Below, in pieces: positions 1 to 11,016 of a stretch of 64,000 nucleotides of DNA. How positions within the stretch are numbered: position 1 is the stretch's first letter; each line of letters opens with the position of its first letter. The DNA is from Fibrobacterales bacterium (GTDB lineage: Bacteria; Fibrobacterota; Fibrobacteria; Fibrobacterales; JAOPTW01), in NCBI GenBank assembly GCA_051532055.1, contig JAOPTX010000007.1, forward strand, positions 64,001 to 128,000, given 5' to 3'. The notes below the pieces were generated by a model that did no database searches, was not told where the DNA came from, and saw only the letters and a list, made by a program, of their open reading frames with translations. Made by a program: the position numbers and the translations under genes.

Positions 1-1419
1 TTTTCCTGATTGACTAGAAAATGCGAGATCAAAATAGAGCGAACCGAGCATATAGAGACCTATTGCAGGTATCACTACTTTAAGGAGAGTTACAGCTGAA
101 GACCAATAGACCCTATCCGGGTAGATAATGAGCCATGTCACAATAAGAACCATAAATTGAGCTACCGAAAGCAACGCTGATATAAGGGGGATTTTTATAA
201 TTCCGATGGAATCAGGAACTATAGAATAAAGCGGAAGTGAGGCAAAAAAGAGCCCTAAGGTAATAAATGAAGGGAGCCATGTTCGTTTATCTGCATAAAA
301 AGGCCGTACTACCAATAATTGAGCCGACATAGGTACCGCTGCAATGAGATAAAAACGCAGTGCCTTTGCGGTTTCTTCTACTTCATTAAACCGGCCATAG
401 TGGTAGACCAGCTCTATTACCGGCTCTGCAAAGAGGTAGAGGATAACAACCGAAGGAATAAGTAGGGCAAATACTTTATCAAGAGTGCGTGCAGCGAGTT
501 GATTCACTTCCTGATATTTTGATTCACTACAGAGCCGTGCCATATGAGGATACGATGCAACACTTATTGCCATGCCAAATACTCCAACGATTACCATTGC
601 TATGCGGAGTGCATAACCCAATATAGCCACACTATTAGAGTTATCCATACCAAAATACCGATAGACAAACTCATTGGAAAAAGTCATTCCGGCAGCGACT
701 ATAAATGGAAGAGATAGGAGAATGTATTGTTTTACTATAGGATCCCGCAATGATATGCGTAGCGTTATCACAATACCGGTTTTTCGTGCACCAAAGAACT
801 GCAATAAGCCACTACCAAGTGCTGCCCCAACCAATACCCCCCAGCAAAACCCTTCAAGACCATTTCCACCCAGACTAAAAAGCCCTCCAATAATTATCGA
901 ACTATTGTAAATAAGTGGTGCAAGAGCGGGAAGGGCATAAGAATACTGTGCGTGTTGAACACCTATAAAAAGCCCTCCAGCAACAAAGAACAGTTGGCCA
1001 AATATAATAATTCTCGTGTAAGTAACAGCAAGAGCAAGTGTTTCCGAAGGTATTGGCTTATCACTCAAATAGGGGAGTAATTGGTCAGCATAGATCCAAC
1101 AAAGCGTTGAAAAGACTACCATAACCCCACTAATTATAAAGAAAATATTTGAAAATGTTTGAGAAGCTTCTTTTTGTTTACCCTCTTTAAATAGAGGTAG
1201 AATAAGTGGTACCAGTGTGATAGATAAATATCCACTCGCCAAAAAATGGTTTAATAAATCAGGAAGAAGAAAAGCAAAATTGTATGCATCTACCTCAGCT
1301 GAAGCGCCACCCACATAAGCCAATAGCCAATTACGTACGAGACCCAGTACTCTACTCAATAAAATTGAGAGCGTAATGATTGCGGTACCCTTTGCAATAC
1401 TTGTAGGTTTAGAGCCCAT
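1..1419 (-). CDS. murJ: Lipid II flippase MurJ/MviN (3' end runs off the window; absent from the ORF track)
   Basis: Manual translation from ATG at 1419 gives MGSKPTSIAKGTAIITLSILLSRVLGLVRNWLLAYVGGASAEVDAYNFAFLLPDLLNHFLASG. This is the typical MurJ N-terminus (SRxLGxxR, DAY..AF.LP). Confidence 0.92.
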   Translation of the reverse strand, partial: MGSKPTSIAKGTAIITLSILLSRVLGLVRNWLLAYVGGASAEVDAYNFAFLLPDLLNHFLASGYLSITLVPLILPLFKEGKQKEASQTFSNIFFIISGVMVVFSTLCWIYADQLLPYLSDKPIPSETLALAVTYTRIIIFGQLFFVAGGLFIGVQHAQYSYALPALAPLIYNSSIIIGGLFSLGGNGLEGFCWGVLVGAALGSGLLQFFGARKTGIVITLRISLRDPIVKQYILLSLPFIVAAGMTFSNEFVYRYFGMDNSNSVAILGYALRIAMVIVGVFGMAISVASYPHMARLCSESKYQEVNQLAARTLDKVFALLIPSVVILYLFAEPVIELVYHYGRFNEVEETAKALRFYLIAAVPMSAQLLVVRPFYADKRTWLPSFITLGLFFASLPLYSIVPDSIGIIKIPLISALLSVAQFMVLIVTWLIIYPDRVYWSSAVTLLKVVIPAIGLYMLGSLYFDLAFSSQSGK

Positions 1420-1422
1420 AGA

Positions 1423-2226
1423 TTAGAGGAGTACCTTTGAGGTCGTAAAGCCTGAAATGAGTATAGCTATCATTGATGCAACTACTGCTGCTTTTGTTGC
1501 TTTGCCCACTCCAACTGCTCCATTGGTAGCAGTATATCCAAAATAGCATCCAAAACTTGCAATAAAAAAACCAAATATTAGACTTTTACTGAGGCCAACT
1601 GCAAGGTCACCATTAGTATAAAAAAGGCGTACCCCATAAAAGAAGAGGTCAAAGCTGATTCCTTTGAAATGAGAAACAGCGTATCCACCTAAAATTGCAA
1701 CAAATGAAGAGAGGACCGTTAATACTGGGAGCATAATGAGAGTTGCTACTAATCGAGGTGCAAGAAGAAAACGATGTGGATTGAGGGCGAGACAGTGCAT
1801 TGCATCCAGCTGTTCAGTCACTGCCATTGTGCCAATCTCGGCACACATAGCTGCTCCGATACGACCAGCAAGCACCATACCGGTGAGCATGGGCCCTAAT
1901 TCAAGCATGACTGATTTCCCTACTGCCATTCCAACATACGTCAAAGGGATCATATCTGCAAATTGATAAGCCATCTGCCATGCAGTTACCGCTCCTGTAA
2001 ATACTGAAGTGGTCAGGACCAGTGGGATGGAAGTGATACCAATAGCATACATCTGCTCAACCGTAAGGTGAAAGTTAAATATCACCATATGTACATTCAT
2101 TAACAGATTTTTAATAAATGAAAAATAGCTATAGAGCCTGCCAAGAAGTCCTCTGACATTTGAACCGAGCAATATTGCCAATTCATCAAGTATAAATGGT
2201 TTTGCTTCTTGCACTATTGTACCCAT
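1423..2226 (-). CDS. mlaE: MlaE/YrbE-family ABC permease
   Basis: ELGPMLTGMVLAGRIGAAMCAEIGTMAVTEQLDAM and GAVGVGKAT..AVV motifs. Confidence 0.93.
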   Translation of the reverse strand: MGTIVQEAKPFILDELAILLGSNVRGLLGRLYSYFSFIKNLLMNVHMVIFNFHLTVEQMYAIGITSIPLVLTTSVFTGAVTAWQMAYQFADMIPLTYVGMAVGKSVMLELGPMLTGMVLAGRIGAAMCAEIGTMAVTEQLDAMHCLALNPHRFLLAPRLVATLIMLPVLTVLSSFVAILGGYAVSHFKGISFDLFFYGVRLFYTNGDLAVGLSKSLIFGFFIASFGCYFGYTATNGAVGVGKATKAAVVASMIAILISGFTTSKVLL

Positions 2227-2275
2227 CCTCTATATGAGGCACAATGTAGCAATCTCAATTTTAGTTGTATAGAGA

Positions 2276-3124
2276 TCATTTGCCCCCCCTTTTTAAAACA
2301 GGTCGAATTATCCCATATAAGATAACTACAATACTACCTATTTTTAGAATACCGACCGGTTCACCAAATGCAGTAAATCCAGCTATTACTGGAAGTACCA
2401 TTCCAAGTGCCGCAGAATAAGCAACAAGAATCGTTGCACGCCCATGGGCAAAACCAAACTGAAACAAAATGAATGCCGTCACAAAAAAGAGGCCATGAAG
2501 CCACAAATAATATTGCGAGATCAATGTTACTAAATAAGATATTATAGAATCTAGGGAATCGATAGTCATAGCATCAAAATCAGATACAGGAACAGCATAG
2601 GACGAGGCCTTCAAAGTAATTGCTGCAAGTCCAAATGCAAAGCCCGATACAAGGGCATAACGAAGCTCCTTATTTTTGAGGGAGAATAGCACTCCCATTG
2701 CGACAACCAATGTTGCAATAAGGATATTTGTCGCGCCTTCATCAAATGAAGCTATCGAAGAATCAGAAACGATTCCAAGAATCAATACTCCTGCTATCAC
2801 CAATATTGTTGCCTCGAGGGCAGAGCGATCGAGGCGCTCTTTTAAGAGGAGAAAGGCCAAAAAACCTGTCACTATCGGGTTTAATGACATCACCGGCTGT
2901 ACTAAAGTTATCCCCCAATGAGGATTAACCAGTGCATAGTTATAGAGCATGGTACCAGCAGCACCACAAGACACTCCCAATAGCCAAAAGGGACTTTTGA
3001 GAAGAGCTAATACTGGATGCAAAGAAGCACTTTGAGGCTCTTGCCTTACCTGATGCCCTTTCTTTTGTAAGATATTTCCAAAACCAAGAAGAAGTACCGC
3101 ACCAAGTGCGACCACAAAGGCCAT
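2276..3124 (-). CDS. DMT/EamA-superfamily membrane transporter
   Basis: About 9-10 hydrophobic segments, with LVQPV..LN, LLKERL and FGEP motifs. Confidence 0.7.
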   Translation of the reverse strand: MAFVVALGAVLLLGFGNILQKKGHQVRQEPQSASLHPVLALLKSPFWLLGVSCGAAGTMLYNYALVNPHWGITLVQPVMSLNPIVTGFLAFLLLKERLDRSALEATILVIAGVLILGIVSDSSIASFDEGATNILIATLVVAMGVLFSLKNKELRYALVSGFAFGLAAITLKASSYAVPVSDFDAMTIDSLDSIISYLVTLISQYYLWLHGLFFVTAFILFQFGFAHGRATILVAYSAALGMVLPVIAGFTAFGEPVGILKIGSIVVILYGIIRPVLKRGGK

Positions 3125-5466
3125 TATCGATTGCCCCAGATCATCTGATAGGTCCAGTAATTCCCCATCACCTTCTTAAGATAGTCACGAGTTTCCCAAT
3201 AGGATATTTCTTCTACGAACATCTCCGTGTCCAGGTGTCCATTATTTTCTTTCCATCTCTTTGTCGGGCGCGGTCCTGCATTATAATTAGAGAGAACAAG
3301 ATATTCATTATCCCACTTTTTCATGAGGTCCCCGATATAACGAACACCTAATCTGATCGCGAGATAGGGATTAAATAAACGTTCAGGATCAAAATCTGCA
3401 ATATTTTCTCGACGCGCCAGCTCTTTACCTGTTGCAGGCATTATCTGCATAAGTCCATGAGCCCCTGCAAATGACTCAATATCACTATCAAAGATTGACT
3501 CTTGCCGCATCAATGCTAATATAAAGTATGGTTCTACATCCATCCTTTGTGCATGATAGGTCACCTTCTGGAAATAAGGTCTCAGGTAAAGCAATTCCAT
3601 AAGTGGTCGTGGTGGACTCATAAGTTCTCGACGATCTAAACGCCATGCCATCTGCCTTGATATTCTATAAGATTGCGCAATATGACCATACCGAAGAAAG
3701 AGCTTAGAGAATTGATACATAAAGTCGAGACGTCCCACTTTAGATTTATAGAGCCGCTTATAGCGAAGCTCTGCCTCATTCCAACAGCCTAGAGCAAGTA
3801 ATGTCTCTACCTGCAGAAGCTGGGAAGGATCGAGGACTGTCTTTTTATTTTGCTGATTTTGTAACCAGGCAACCGTTTCTTCTTCCGTATATTCCAAAAG
3901 AGTTATTGAAGGAATAGAATCTTCAACCATGAGTGAATCTTGAATAAGATAATGCCGTGCTCTATGAGCATAATATCCAACAGGATAATCTTTAATCGTT
4001 TTTAAAAACCAATTTTTAGCCTCACGTCTGTTTTTGAGCTTTAAATATGATCTCCCCAAATAAAAACGAGATGCCGAGGCAGGCCACAACAGGTCGGGTT
4101 TTTTAATTACCCTTTTGAATCTCTTAATTGCAGACTGTAATCGATTACGCTTAAACTCCACATACCCTTTCCGAAATCCAATCCATTTTCCTCTTTTAGT
4201 ATCATATTTTGAAGGGGGAAATTGATCGTAAGCCTTAATAGCTTGAGCAAGCTTATTATCTTGTTCAAGCTCAAACCCCTTGGTCCACTTAATCTCCAAT
4301 GCTTTTGTATGTTTGGGAAAGCGTTTAGAAAACTGAGTATACCAATAATTAGCGCTTCTTGTTTGTTTAAGAGATCTATATGAGCGTGCTAAATTGAGGT
4401 AATCATTTGCCGTCGCCTGCTTTGCTGCTTTTTTTACAAGCCATTTATAAAGTACTATTGCTTTAGTATATTGAGATGTTTTTCTGTAGCTAAAGGCAAG
4501 TTTTCTATTAAACGAAACCTTTGTTGCCCATTTGGGCTGACGTTTTAGCAAGGTTTGTAGATGGGAGATCGCTACAGAATAGTTCTTAAGTTTAAATTCA
4601 GTTTCAGCTAAGGTACTTTGCAAATAAAAATCATCGGCCCTCTTTTTAAACGCGCCAGTCATTGCAGTATACGCCCACTTAAGCAGTGACTTATTTTTCG
4701 TCGCCTTGAGAATAGCATAACAAAGTGAATCTCCAGTAGCCACAAACCCTTGTGCAAAAGCGATATGCGCCTCTTCCTTTAGAAGAAGAAATTTATTGTA
4801 CTTTCGTTTAGGGTCAAGGTCCTGTATGATTGAGATCAAAGAATCTTTTTGAATAAGAAAGTCTTCGTACTCAGCAAGAGTATCATTACTCCAAAAATGC
4901 TCACTACTTATTTTTGACGCTAAAAAGGTCGCTGTCTTTGAAAGCTCATCAACCACATTATCTTTTGAGTCTGTCGTAGAAAATTGATGATAATAGTTTT
5001 TAAGTACAGTAAATGCCATTCGGTATTCTCTTAGAGCAAAATATGACCGATACAAATAAAGAATCGCTAATTCCCTATACGCCTCACTATAGACAATACT
5101 CCTCTCAAAATGGGTCAATGCATCACGATACTGTTGCATCCTATACTTGCGCATCCCTGTAATAAACATCTCAGCAAGGGGATCTATTTTAGCAAGATCA
5201 TTCAGTGATTGAGTATCAACCTGAGCATGCCAATATCTTTTTTTAAACTCCTCAGCCGAAAGAAGAAGTGTATCAACTACAACCGGTTGAATAATAGAAA
5301 TTTTCTCATCTGAGCTTACCGAACTATTTTGATGAGCCGTTACCGATTCAATAATTTTTTGTGTAGTAGAATCTGGAGACGCAACAAAACTTTCACCAAC
5401 AGAAAGGTCTGTTGATGAAAATGCATAGGTCATTAATAGAAATACCACAATCCCTACTCGGACCAT
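3124..5466 (-). CDS. slt: TPR-containing soluble lytic murein transglycosylase (Slt70-like)
   Basis: Signal peptide, TPR-like helices, and a C-terminal SLT domain (MRQES, GAHGLMQIMPATG, NYNAGP, ETRDYLKKV). Confidence 0.9.
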   Translation of the reverse strand: MVRVGIVVFLLMTYAFSSTDLSVGESFVASPDSTTQKIIESVTAHQNSSVSSDEKISIIQPVVVDTLLLSAEEFKKRYWHAQVDTQSLNDLAKIDPLAEMFITGMRKYRMQQYRDALTHFERSIVYSEAYRELAILYLYRSYFALREYRMAFTVLKNYYHQFSTTDSKDNVVDELSKTATFLASKISSEHFWSNDTLAEYEDFLIQKDSLISIIQDLDPKRKYNKFLLLKEEAHIAFAQGFVATGDSLCYAILKATKNKSLLKWAYTAMTGAFKKRADDFYLQSTLAETEFKLKNYSVAISHLQTLLKRQPKWATKVSFNRKLAFSYRKTSQYTKAIVLYKWLVKKAAKQATANDYLNLARSYRSLKQTRSANYWYTQFSKRFPKHTKALEIKWTKGFELEQDNKLAQAIKAYDQFPPSKYDTKRGKWIGFRKGYVEFKRNRLQSAIKRFKRVIKKPDLLWPASASRFYLGRSYLKLKNRREAKNWFLKTIKDYPVGYYAHRARHYLIQDSLMVEDSIPSITLLEYTEEETVAWLQNQQNKKTVLDPSQLLQVETLLALGCWNEAELRYKRLYKSKVGRLDFMYQFSKLFLRYGHIAQSYRISRQMAWRLDRRELMSPPRPLMELLYLRPYFQKVTYHAQRMDVEPYFILALMRQESIFDSDIESFAGAHGLMQIMPATGKELARRENIADFDPERLFNPYLAIRLGVRYIGDLMKKWDNEYLVLSNYNAGPRPTKRWKENNGHLDTEMFVEEISYWETRDYLKKVMGNYWTYQMIWGNR

Positions 5467-5485
5467 TGAGGGTTCCCCACCTTTT

Positions 5486-7273
5486 TTAAATTTCGACAGT
5501 TGTAACTATTCCTAACTGAGAAAACTTCTCTGCCAACTCTTCATACAGAGTTGAGTGTATCTCATCTGCTGTACAGAGTTGCAACACTCTATTTGCTAAC
5601 TCAAGTGATTCTGAGTATGATATTGAACGTATCACTTTTTTACACTCAAGAATTGCATTTGCAGTCATAGAAAGTTCATCTACTCCCATCCCCAACAATA
5701 ATGGTACAGCATATGGATCGGATGCCATTTCACCACACACCGAAACCGTTATACCATTTTTATGACATGCATTTACTACCTTACGAATCATCCGCACAAC
5801 CGAAGGGTGAAACGCATCATATAAAAATTTTATTTTTTCATTTGAACGATCTACAGCAAGAGTAAATTGGATCAAATCATTAGTACCAATACTGACAAAA
5901 TCGACTTCTTGAGATAATTCATGAATTAACTCAACTGCAGAAGGAATCTCTACCATTGTCCCCACTGGAATCGCTTCATTAAAAGGAGTTCCTGAATCCC
6001 GAAGTTCCTGACGCGCTTCTTCGAGAAGGCGCTTTGCTTCACGGAGCTCTTTCAGGCCTGAGATCATAGGGAACATTATTTTTAAATTACCAAATTTACT
6101 CGAACGCAATAAGGCTCGTAATTGAATTTTGAAAAAGTCTGGCTGATCAAGACAGACCCTAATTGAACGCCAGCCCATTACTGGATTATCTTCATCAGTA
6201 AGGTTGAGGTCTTGAACAAGTTTATCACCACCTGAGTCAAGTGTCCGGATCGTAACCGGCTTAGGACTCATATTTTCAAGAAGATGTTTATAAGCATAAA
6301 ACTGATCATCTTCACTTGGATTTGGTTGATCAAAATAAAGAAACTCTGACCGAAATAAACCCACACCGTTTGCACCATACTCTTGTACATCATGAGCATC
6401 AATAGGTTGCACAACATTAGCATACAGATTGATATACTTACCATCAGAGGTAATAGGATCCAGACCAACTTCTTTTTGAAGGTCTTCATCATGCTTTTTA
6501 AGTTTATTTTTTCGTTCTGTATAAGTTTCGATATCATTATCATCAGGATTGATAATGACCAATCCACGCACACCATCAACAATGACATAGTCACCATTGC
6601 GCACCATGAACGATAAATTTTTAAGTCCCGATACGGCAGGAAGCTGCATCGAACGAGCCAAAATTGCAACGTGAGAGTTTTTACCCCCAATATCTGTAGA
6701 AAACCCGAGAGTAAAGTCTCGATTTAAATGAGTAAGCTGTGACGGAGTAAGTTCATGACTAACAACAATAGCCTCTTGATTGATTACCGATATATCAGAA
6801 TCGTCTTCAAGGCTTCCAAAATTACTTAAAACTCTATTAAACACATCCCGTAAATCACTGACTTTCTCTTTAGCGATTTCACTCTCTTTTTGCTCAAACA
6901 TACCAATAAGACTTTGCATATAGGTTTGAAAGGCAAACTCTGCATTTTTCTTCTCTGACCTAATAATGCTTATCACATTATCAATAAGCGTACTATCTTG
7001 TAGAATCATGATATGGGTAGAAAAAATTCTGGACTCTTCTGCCCCAAGAGTCTGAGTAATTTGAGCTTTAAGAGTGGTCAACTCTTTAATAGATTTTGCA
7101 ACAGCATATTTAAATGTTGAAATCTCGAATGCAACATCCCCAATTGCGATAGTACGCTCTTCCACTGTGGAAACCTTAGTTTTCAACAAATGAACGGGCC
7201 CCATAGTTATCCCAGGAGAAGCTGCTACTCCATAGAGCAACACTCGTTTTCTTTTTTTAAATACCTTAGTCAT
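5486..7273 (-). CDS. ptsI: PTS enzyme I (PEP-protein phosphotransferase)
   Basis: GVAASPGI, SHVAILARS (phospho-His), GVGLFRSEF, SIGTNDLIQF, VCGEMA. Start moved to ATG 7273, which overlaps the end of ptsH. Confidence 0.96.
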   Translation of the reverse strand: MTKVFKKRKRVLLYGVAASPGITMGPVHLLKTKVSTVEERTIAIGDVAFEISTFKYAVAKSIKELTTLKAQITQTLGAEESRIFSTHIMILQDSTLIDNVISIIRSEKKNAEFAFQTYMQSLIGMFEQKESEIAKEKVSDLRDVFNRVLSNFGSLEDDSDISVINQEAIVVSHELTPSQLTHLNRDFTLGFSTDIGGKNSHVAILARSMQLPAVSGLKNLSFMVRNGDYVIVDGVRGLVIINPDDNDIETYTERKNKLKKHDEDLQKEVGLDPITSDGKYINLYANVVQPIDAHDVQEYGANGVGLFRSEFLYFDQPNPSEDDQFYAYKHLLENMSPKPVTIRTLDSGGDKLVQDLNLTDEDNPVMGWRSIRVCLDQPDFFKIQLRALLRSSKFGNLKIMFPMISGLKELREAKRLLEEARQELRDSGTPFNEAIPVGTMVEIPSAVELIHELSQEVDFVSIGTNDLIQFTLAVDRSNEKIKFLYDAFHPSVVRMIRKVVNACHKNGITVSVCGEMASDPYAVPLLLGMGVDELSMTANAILECKKVIRSISYSESLELANRVLQLCTADEIHSTLYEELAEKFSQLGIVTTVEI

Positions 7274-7535
7274 CTTCGTTAAACTTGTCCTCAAATATTT
7301 TCTGTAAATTGGCAAAAATCTCTTCTTGATTTTCCCCATCGAGCTCTACATCTATTACTGCACCAGGTTCAATTGCGAGCATCATAATATTAAGAATACT
7401 CTTAGCATTTACTCTGGTATTATTATAGTTAAAAAAGACTTCTCCAATTGAACGTGAGGTCACATCAACAATCATTGAAGCTGGACGGGCATGTACACCC
7501 AATTTATTCTGGACAGTTAGGGTCTCTTTCATCAT
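7266..7535 (-). CDS. ptsH: Phosphocarrier protein HPr
   Basis: NKLGVHARPA (His15) and VNAKSILNIM (Ser46) motifs. Confidence 0.95.
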   Translation of the reverse strand: MMKETLTVQNKLGVHARPASMIVDVTSRSIGEVFFNYNNTRVNAKSILNIMMLAIEPGAVIDVELDGENQEEIFANLQKIFEDKFNEDD

Positions 7536-7550
7536 ATAGTATTGTTTCTT

Positions 7551-8468
7551 TTAAAAAATGTCAACGTTTACATCGAGTCCATCATCTATAATCACATTAA
7601 ACAGTGAATCAGTTGAGATGAGGGTTGTATTTAATTTATTATAAAAGGCGGTATCATTGAGCATCGCCCCTACAGTATTATCAGTCGCTTGAAGCTTCTC
7701 TGATAGCACTAATAGGCGATTGGTCAATGAATCAACCTTGGTCAAGAGCACTTTTGTTTTAGTGGTACTCTCGGTGGTCTGTTTCAAGAGCTGTTCTAGG
7801 CTCCCCATATTATTATCTAAAAACTGATTTACTTTAACTGATGCCTGTTTTAAATTACCCAAACTACTTTGAAGTACTGGATCGGTATCATCAATCATTA
7901 TCTCAAGCCTATCTTCAAGTCGTTCTGCCTTGGCAAAAATTGACTTAAAACTCTCTTTAAAACGATCATTTGCTACAGTCGAATCAAGTACCTCTTTAAC
8001 TACTTTTAGTAGTACTGCTGTTGAATCAAAGACCTCACCTGCATATCCCATCACTTCAGCAATTCCTGCATCAAAATGCCCTTCAATTTGGTCGCCTTTT
8101 TTAAGGTAATTAGGTGAGTCTCCCAGGCTTATCACCACCTGACGTTCTCCCATAAGACCAATATTGCGTACACGAAAATCAGAATTGACAGGGATGCGAA
8201 TACTATCAATTACATCAAGAGTTACAAGAACTTTTCTACTTGCCTGATGCAGAGCAATATGTGCAACTTTTCCACTTTTTACTCCATTAATTTTAATGGG
8301 GTCACCAGGCTGTAATGTACTCACTTGTTCAAACATTACGAAATACTGCACCTTGGTCTCTCGAGGGTCTTGTTCATCAAGAAACATTATTCCAAAAACC
8401 AGAATAATCAGTGCGACTATAAGCACCATACCAACTACAAAATATTTACTCTTATCACTTGCTTTCAT
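7551..8468 (-). CDS. MlaD/MCE-family protein
   Basis: N-terminal TM segment, MCE motif LQPGDPIKINGVKSGKV...GLMGERQV, helical C-terminal region. Confidence 0.9.
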   Translation of the reverse strand: MKASDKSKYFVVGMVLIVALIILVFGIMFLDEQDPRETKVQYFVMFEQVSTLQPGDPIKINGVKSGKVAHIALHQASRKVLVTLDVIDSIRIPVNSDFRVRNIGLMGERQVVISLGDSPNYLKKGDQIEGHFDAGIAEVMGYAGEVFDSTAVLLKVVKEVLDSTVANDRFKESFKSIFAKAERLEDRLEIMIDDTDPVLQSSLGNLKQASVKVNQFLDNNMGSLEQLLKQTTESTTKTKVLLTKVDSLTNRLLVLSEKLQATDNTVGAMLNDTAFYNKLNTTLISTDSLFNVIIDDGLDVNVDIF

Positions 8469-8519
8469 ACATTACTCTTAAACAACCAACAACGCGCTAG
8501 TCAATACCCTAAATGTAAT

Positions 8520-9410
8520 TCAAAAATCGACATTAATTGTCAATTCTTGCGCTAAAATCACATCTTTCACCTTAAATGCACTGATTTTCAGACTCTCAAG
8601 GTTTTTGTGAAAGCCTGGATCAAACAATGCTTTGCCAAGACTATTCTGCTGTGTCATAGCCTTTATTTTCTCTTCTTCAACGATATCTGAAAGGCGCTCT
8701 AGTTTTCCAATAAGAAGCTCGCTCCTTTGTAAAACTTGGTTAAAATCTTCAGAAACTGTTTCATGATCAAATTGAGCAATTTGTCTCTCAATTGTATTCA
8801 ATCCGTACTCTATCGACTCAATGGTAGAGACTATAGTAGATTCACTTTCCCGAGCAACAGTGTTCGCACGATCTATTAATTGTTGTGCCTTTTGCTTTAC
8901 CCTCACTAGGGCATTCTTCGATTCATCACTAAACACAACTGAATCAAGGGCACCCATAAGTGTTGTAATAACGCCTTGGGTCTGTCCTATTAAAGCTTGG
9001 GCTTGTCGAGCAAGGCCTGAAGTGCCCTTATCACTACTTGCATAAATTGTACTCCCAGGCGTGTACACCGATTTACTCTCACCAAGAAGCACGGCAAGTA
9101 CTCGTTCACCAAGAAGACCATTGTTCCGGATAAACACCTTTGAATCAATAGGAATCGCAATACGATCATCAATAGCGGCCTGAATTTGTATATACTCTCC
9201 AGCCTGCTCAAACGAAAGTACCTCACCATTAGCTAATCCATTCACCGTCACATCGCTTCCCAATGCTAATGTGTGGATTTCAGTACTCAATATTGAATAT
9301 TTTGATGTTCCAAATCGTGGTGAATTGGGATGATACATAATATAGAGAAACCCAACAATGAATACGATGGCCGCCACCCCTATATAGAATACAGTATCAT
9401 TCCTATTCAT
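8520..9410 (-). CDS. MlaD/MCE-family protein (second paralog)
   Basis: TM segment, then LALGSDVTVNGLANGEV...GLLGERVL. Start set at ATG 9410, overlapping the end of hprK. Confidence 0.88.
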   Translation of the reverse strand: MNRNDTVFYIGVAAIVFIVGFLYIMYHPNSPRFGTSKYSILSTEIHTLALGSDVTVNGLANGEVLSFEQAGEYIQIQAAIDDRIAIPIDSKVFIRNNGLLGERVLAVLLGESKSVYTPGSTIYASSDKGTSGLARQAQALIGQTQGVITTLMGALDSVVFSDESKNALVRVKQKAQQLIDRANTVARESESTIVSTIESIEYGLNTIERQIAQFDHETVSEDFNQVLQRSELLIGKLERLSDIVEEEKIKAMTQQNSLGKALFDPGFHKNLESLKISAFKVKDVILAQELTINVDF

Positions 9411-10431
9411 AAAAATCGGTACTATTCTCGTGATCCATCGCCATTTCATTGTATGCATTGCTCTTTTTTGCAGCAATGATATCAATCAATTTATTATTAA
9501 ATTCCGCGGCAGAATCTATGCCATTCATTTTCATAAGCATGTTCATCGCGATCACCTCAGATATGACAGTCATATTTTTACCAGGGGTTATTGGTATCTG
9601 GACCGTGTTTACAGGAATACCCATAATTTGCCGTGTCGCATCACCCAATCCCGTCCGCTCATAACTTGTTTCAGCATTCCAGAGCTGTAAATCTACTATT
9701 ATCTCTACTTTTTTTACCTTACGTACTGCGTGAATTCCAAACATCGATTTAATATCAATAATTCCCACACCGCGAATCTCCATATGGTGGTCTATTATAT
9801 TACTGCTTTTTCCAATAATAGAATCACCGATTCGTGTTAAACGAACCGCATCATCAGCCACTAGCCTGTGTCCTCGCTCAACTAAATCAAGAGCACACTC
9901 ACTTTTACCAATATTACTCTGACCAACATAGAGCATTCCCACACCATACACATCTACCAGTGATGCATGTACATTCACATACGGAGCAAACCAATTCTCC
10001 AATATCTTTTGAAGAGACCTAATGAGGGTTATCGACGGCTTTTGACAACTCATAATAGGGATTTTAAGCTCGGTACACATTTCAACCAGCTCGTTATGTG
10101 CAGGAAGGTCATGAGTCACAACCCATAGGGGTGAAGGATATTTCTTGAGGCGATCAAAAATCTCCATTCTCCGGTCTTTCCCTACAGATTCTAAATAAGA
10201 CCACTCTGTAGTACCAATGAGCTGAACTCGTTGATGAGTATAGACGTCAAGAAAACCGGCCAAAGCCATTCCCGGTCGGTTTATATACGGCTCAGTAATC
10301 TTGGAATCAAGAGTCTCAGCCCCATTTAATAATTGTAATTTGAACTCCTCTTGATAGCGTGTATAAAAATCTCGTACGAGATATTTCCGTTTACACACTA
10401 CCTCAAGGTTATCAAGAGCATTTTGTTTCAA
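9403..10431 (-). CDS. hprK: HPr kinase/phosphorylase
   Basis: INRPGMALAG, Walker A GQSNIGKSE, LVADDAV, MEIRGVGII. Confidence 0.96.
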   Translation of the reverse strand: MKQNALDNLEVVCKRKYLVRDFYTRYQEEFKLQLLNGAETLDSKITEPYINRPGMALAGFLDVYTHQRVQLIGTTEWSYLESVGKDRRMEIFDRLKKYPSPLWVVTHDLPAHNELVEMCTELKIPIMSCQKPSITLIRSLQKILENWFAPYVNVHASLVDVYGVGMLYVGQSNIGKSECALDLVERGHRLVADDAVRLTRIGDSIIGKSSNIIDHHMEIRGVGIIDIKSMFGIHAVRKVKKVEIIVDLQLWNAETSYERTGLGDATRQIMGIPVNTVQIPITPGKNMTVISEVIAMNMLMKMNGIDSAAEFNNKLIDIIAAKKSNAYNEMAMDHENSTDFYE

Positions 10432-10439
10432 TAGTTAAC

Positions 10440-10760
10440 TTAACCCTCCACCATATCTGCGGTTGGATTTGCTTTATGTGATTTTAGAATCTCATTCTCT
10501 TTTTTCAGCTGACGTTGCATTCTTTCGAGTACTTTTTCTACCGCTTTACCCATGTTCTCTTCTTCTGCTTTTGCGACAACTGTTTTATTAAGGATATTTA
10601 CCGTGATCTCAGCCGAACGTGAACTTTTATGTTGCTCAAGGATAACATGGGCATCAATAATATTGTTATAAAACTGAGACAGTGCCTGAACATCTGCGGT
10701 CATATTATCTTGCAGTTCTTGAGAAGCGTGAAAATGTCTGGCTGTAAATTGAACGTTCAT
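10440..10760 (-). CDS. hpf: Ribosome hibernation promoting factor / sigma54 modulation protein
   Basis: MNVQFTARHF N-terminus, about 100 aa, in the canonical position after rpoN. Confidence 0.9.
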   Translation of the reverse strand: MNVQFTARHFHASQELQDNMTADVQALSQFYNNIIDAHVILEQHKSSRSAEITVNILNKTVVAKAEEENMGKAVEKVLERMQRQLKKENEILKSHKANPTADMVEG

Positions 10761-11016
10761 AGGTATTCTCCATTGTTATGTGAATGAGACCTCGTTTAAG
10801 TCATTAAGATTATGCAACTTAACACCACCTCATAGTACTAGTATACATTAGTTTTAAACTTTAAAAAAGCACTATTTTAATTTTTTTCCATCTTAGAAAC
10901 GTTTTACTCGTCACAGTTTAAAGATCATACTTTTAAGGATATATTCTCACAATATGGTCAATTATTTGATTAAAAAGCCTCTATAGAGCTTTCCCACACA
11001 ACAAATCACACTCTTC

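Noticed and set aside
10813..10827. sigma54-like TGGTGTTAAGTTGCA on the minus strand upstream of hpf
   Set aside because: The GG-to-GC spacing is 9 nt, not the required 10.
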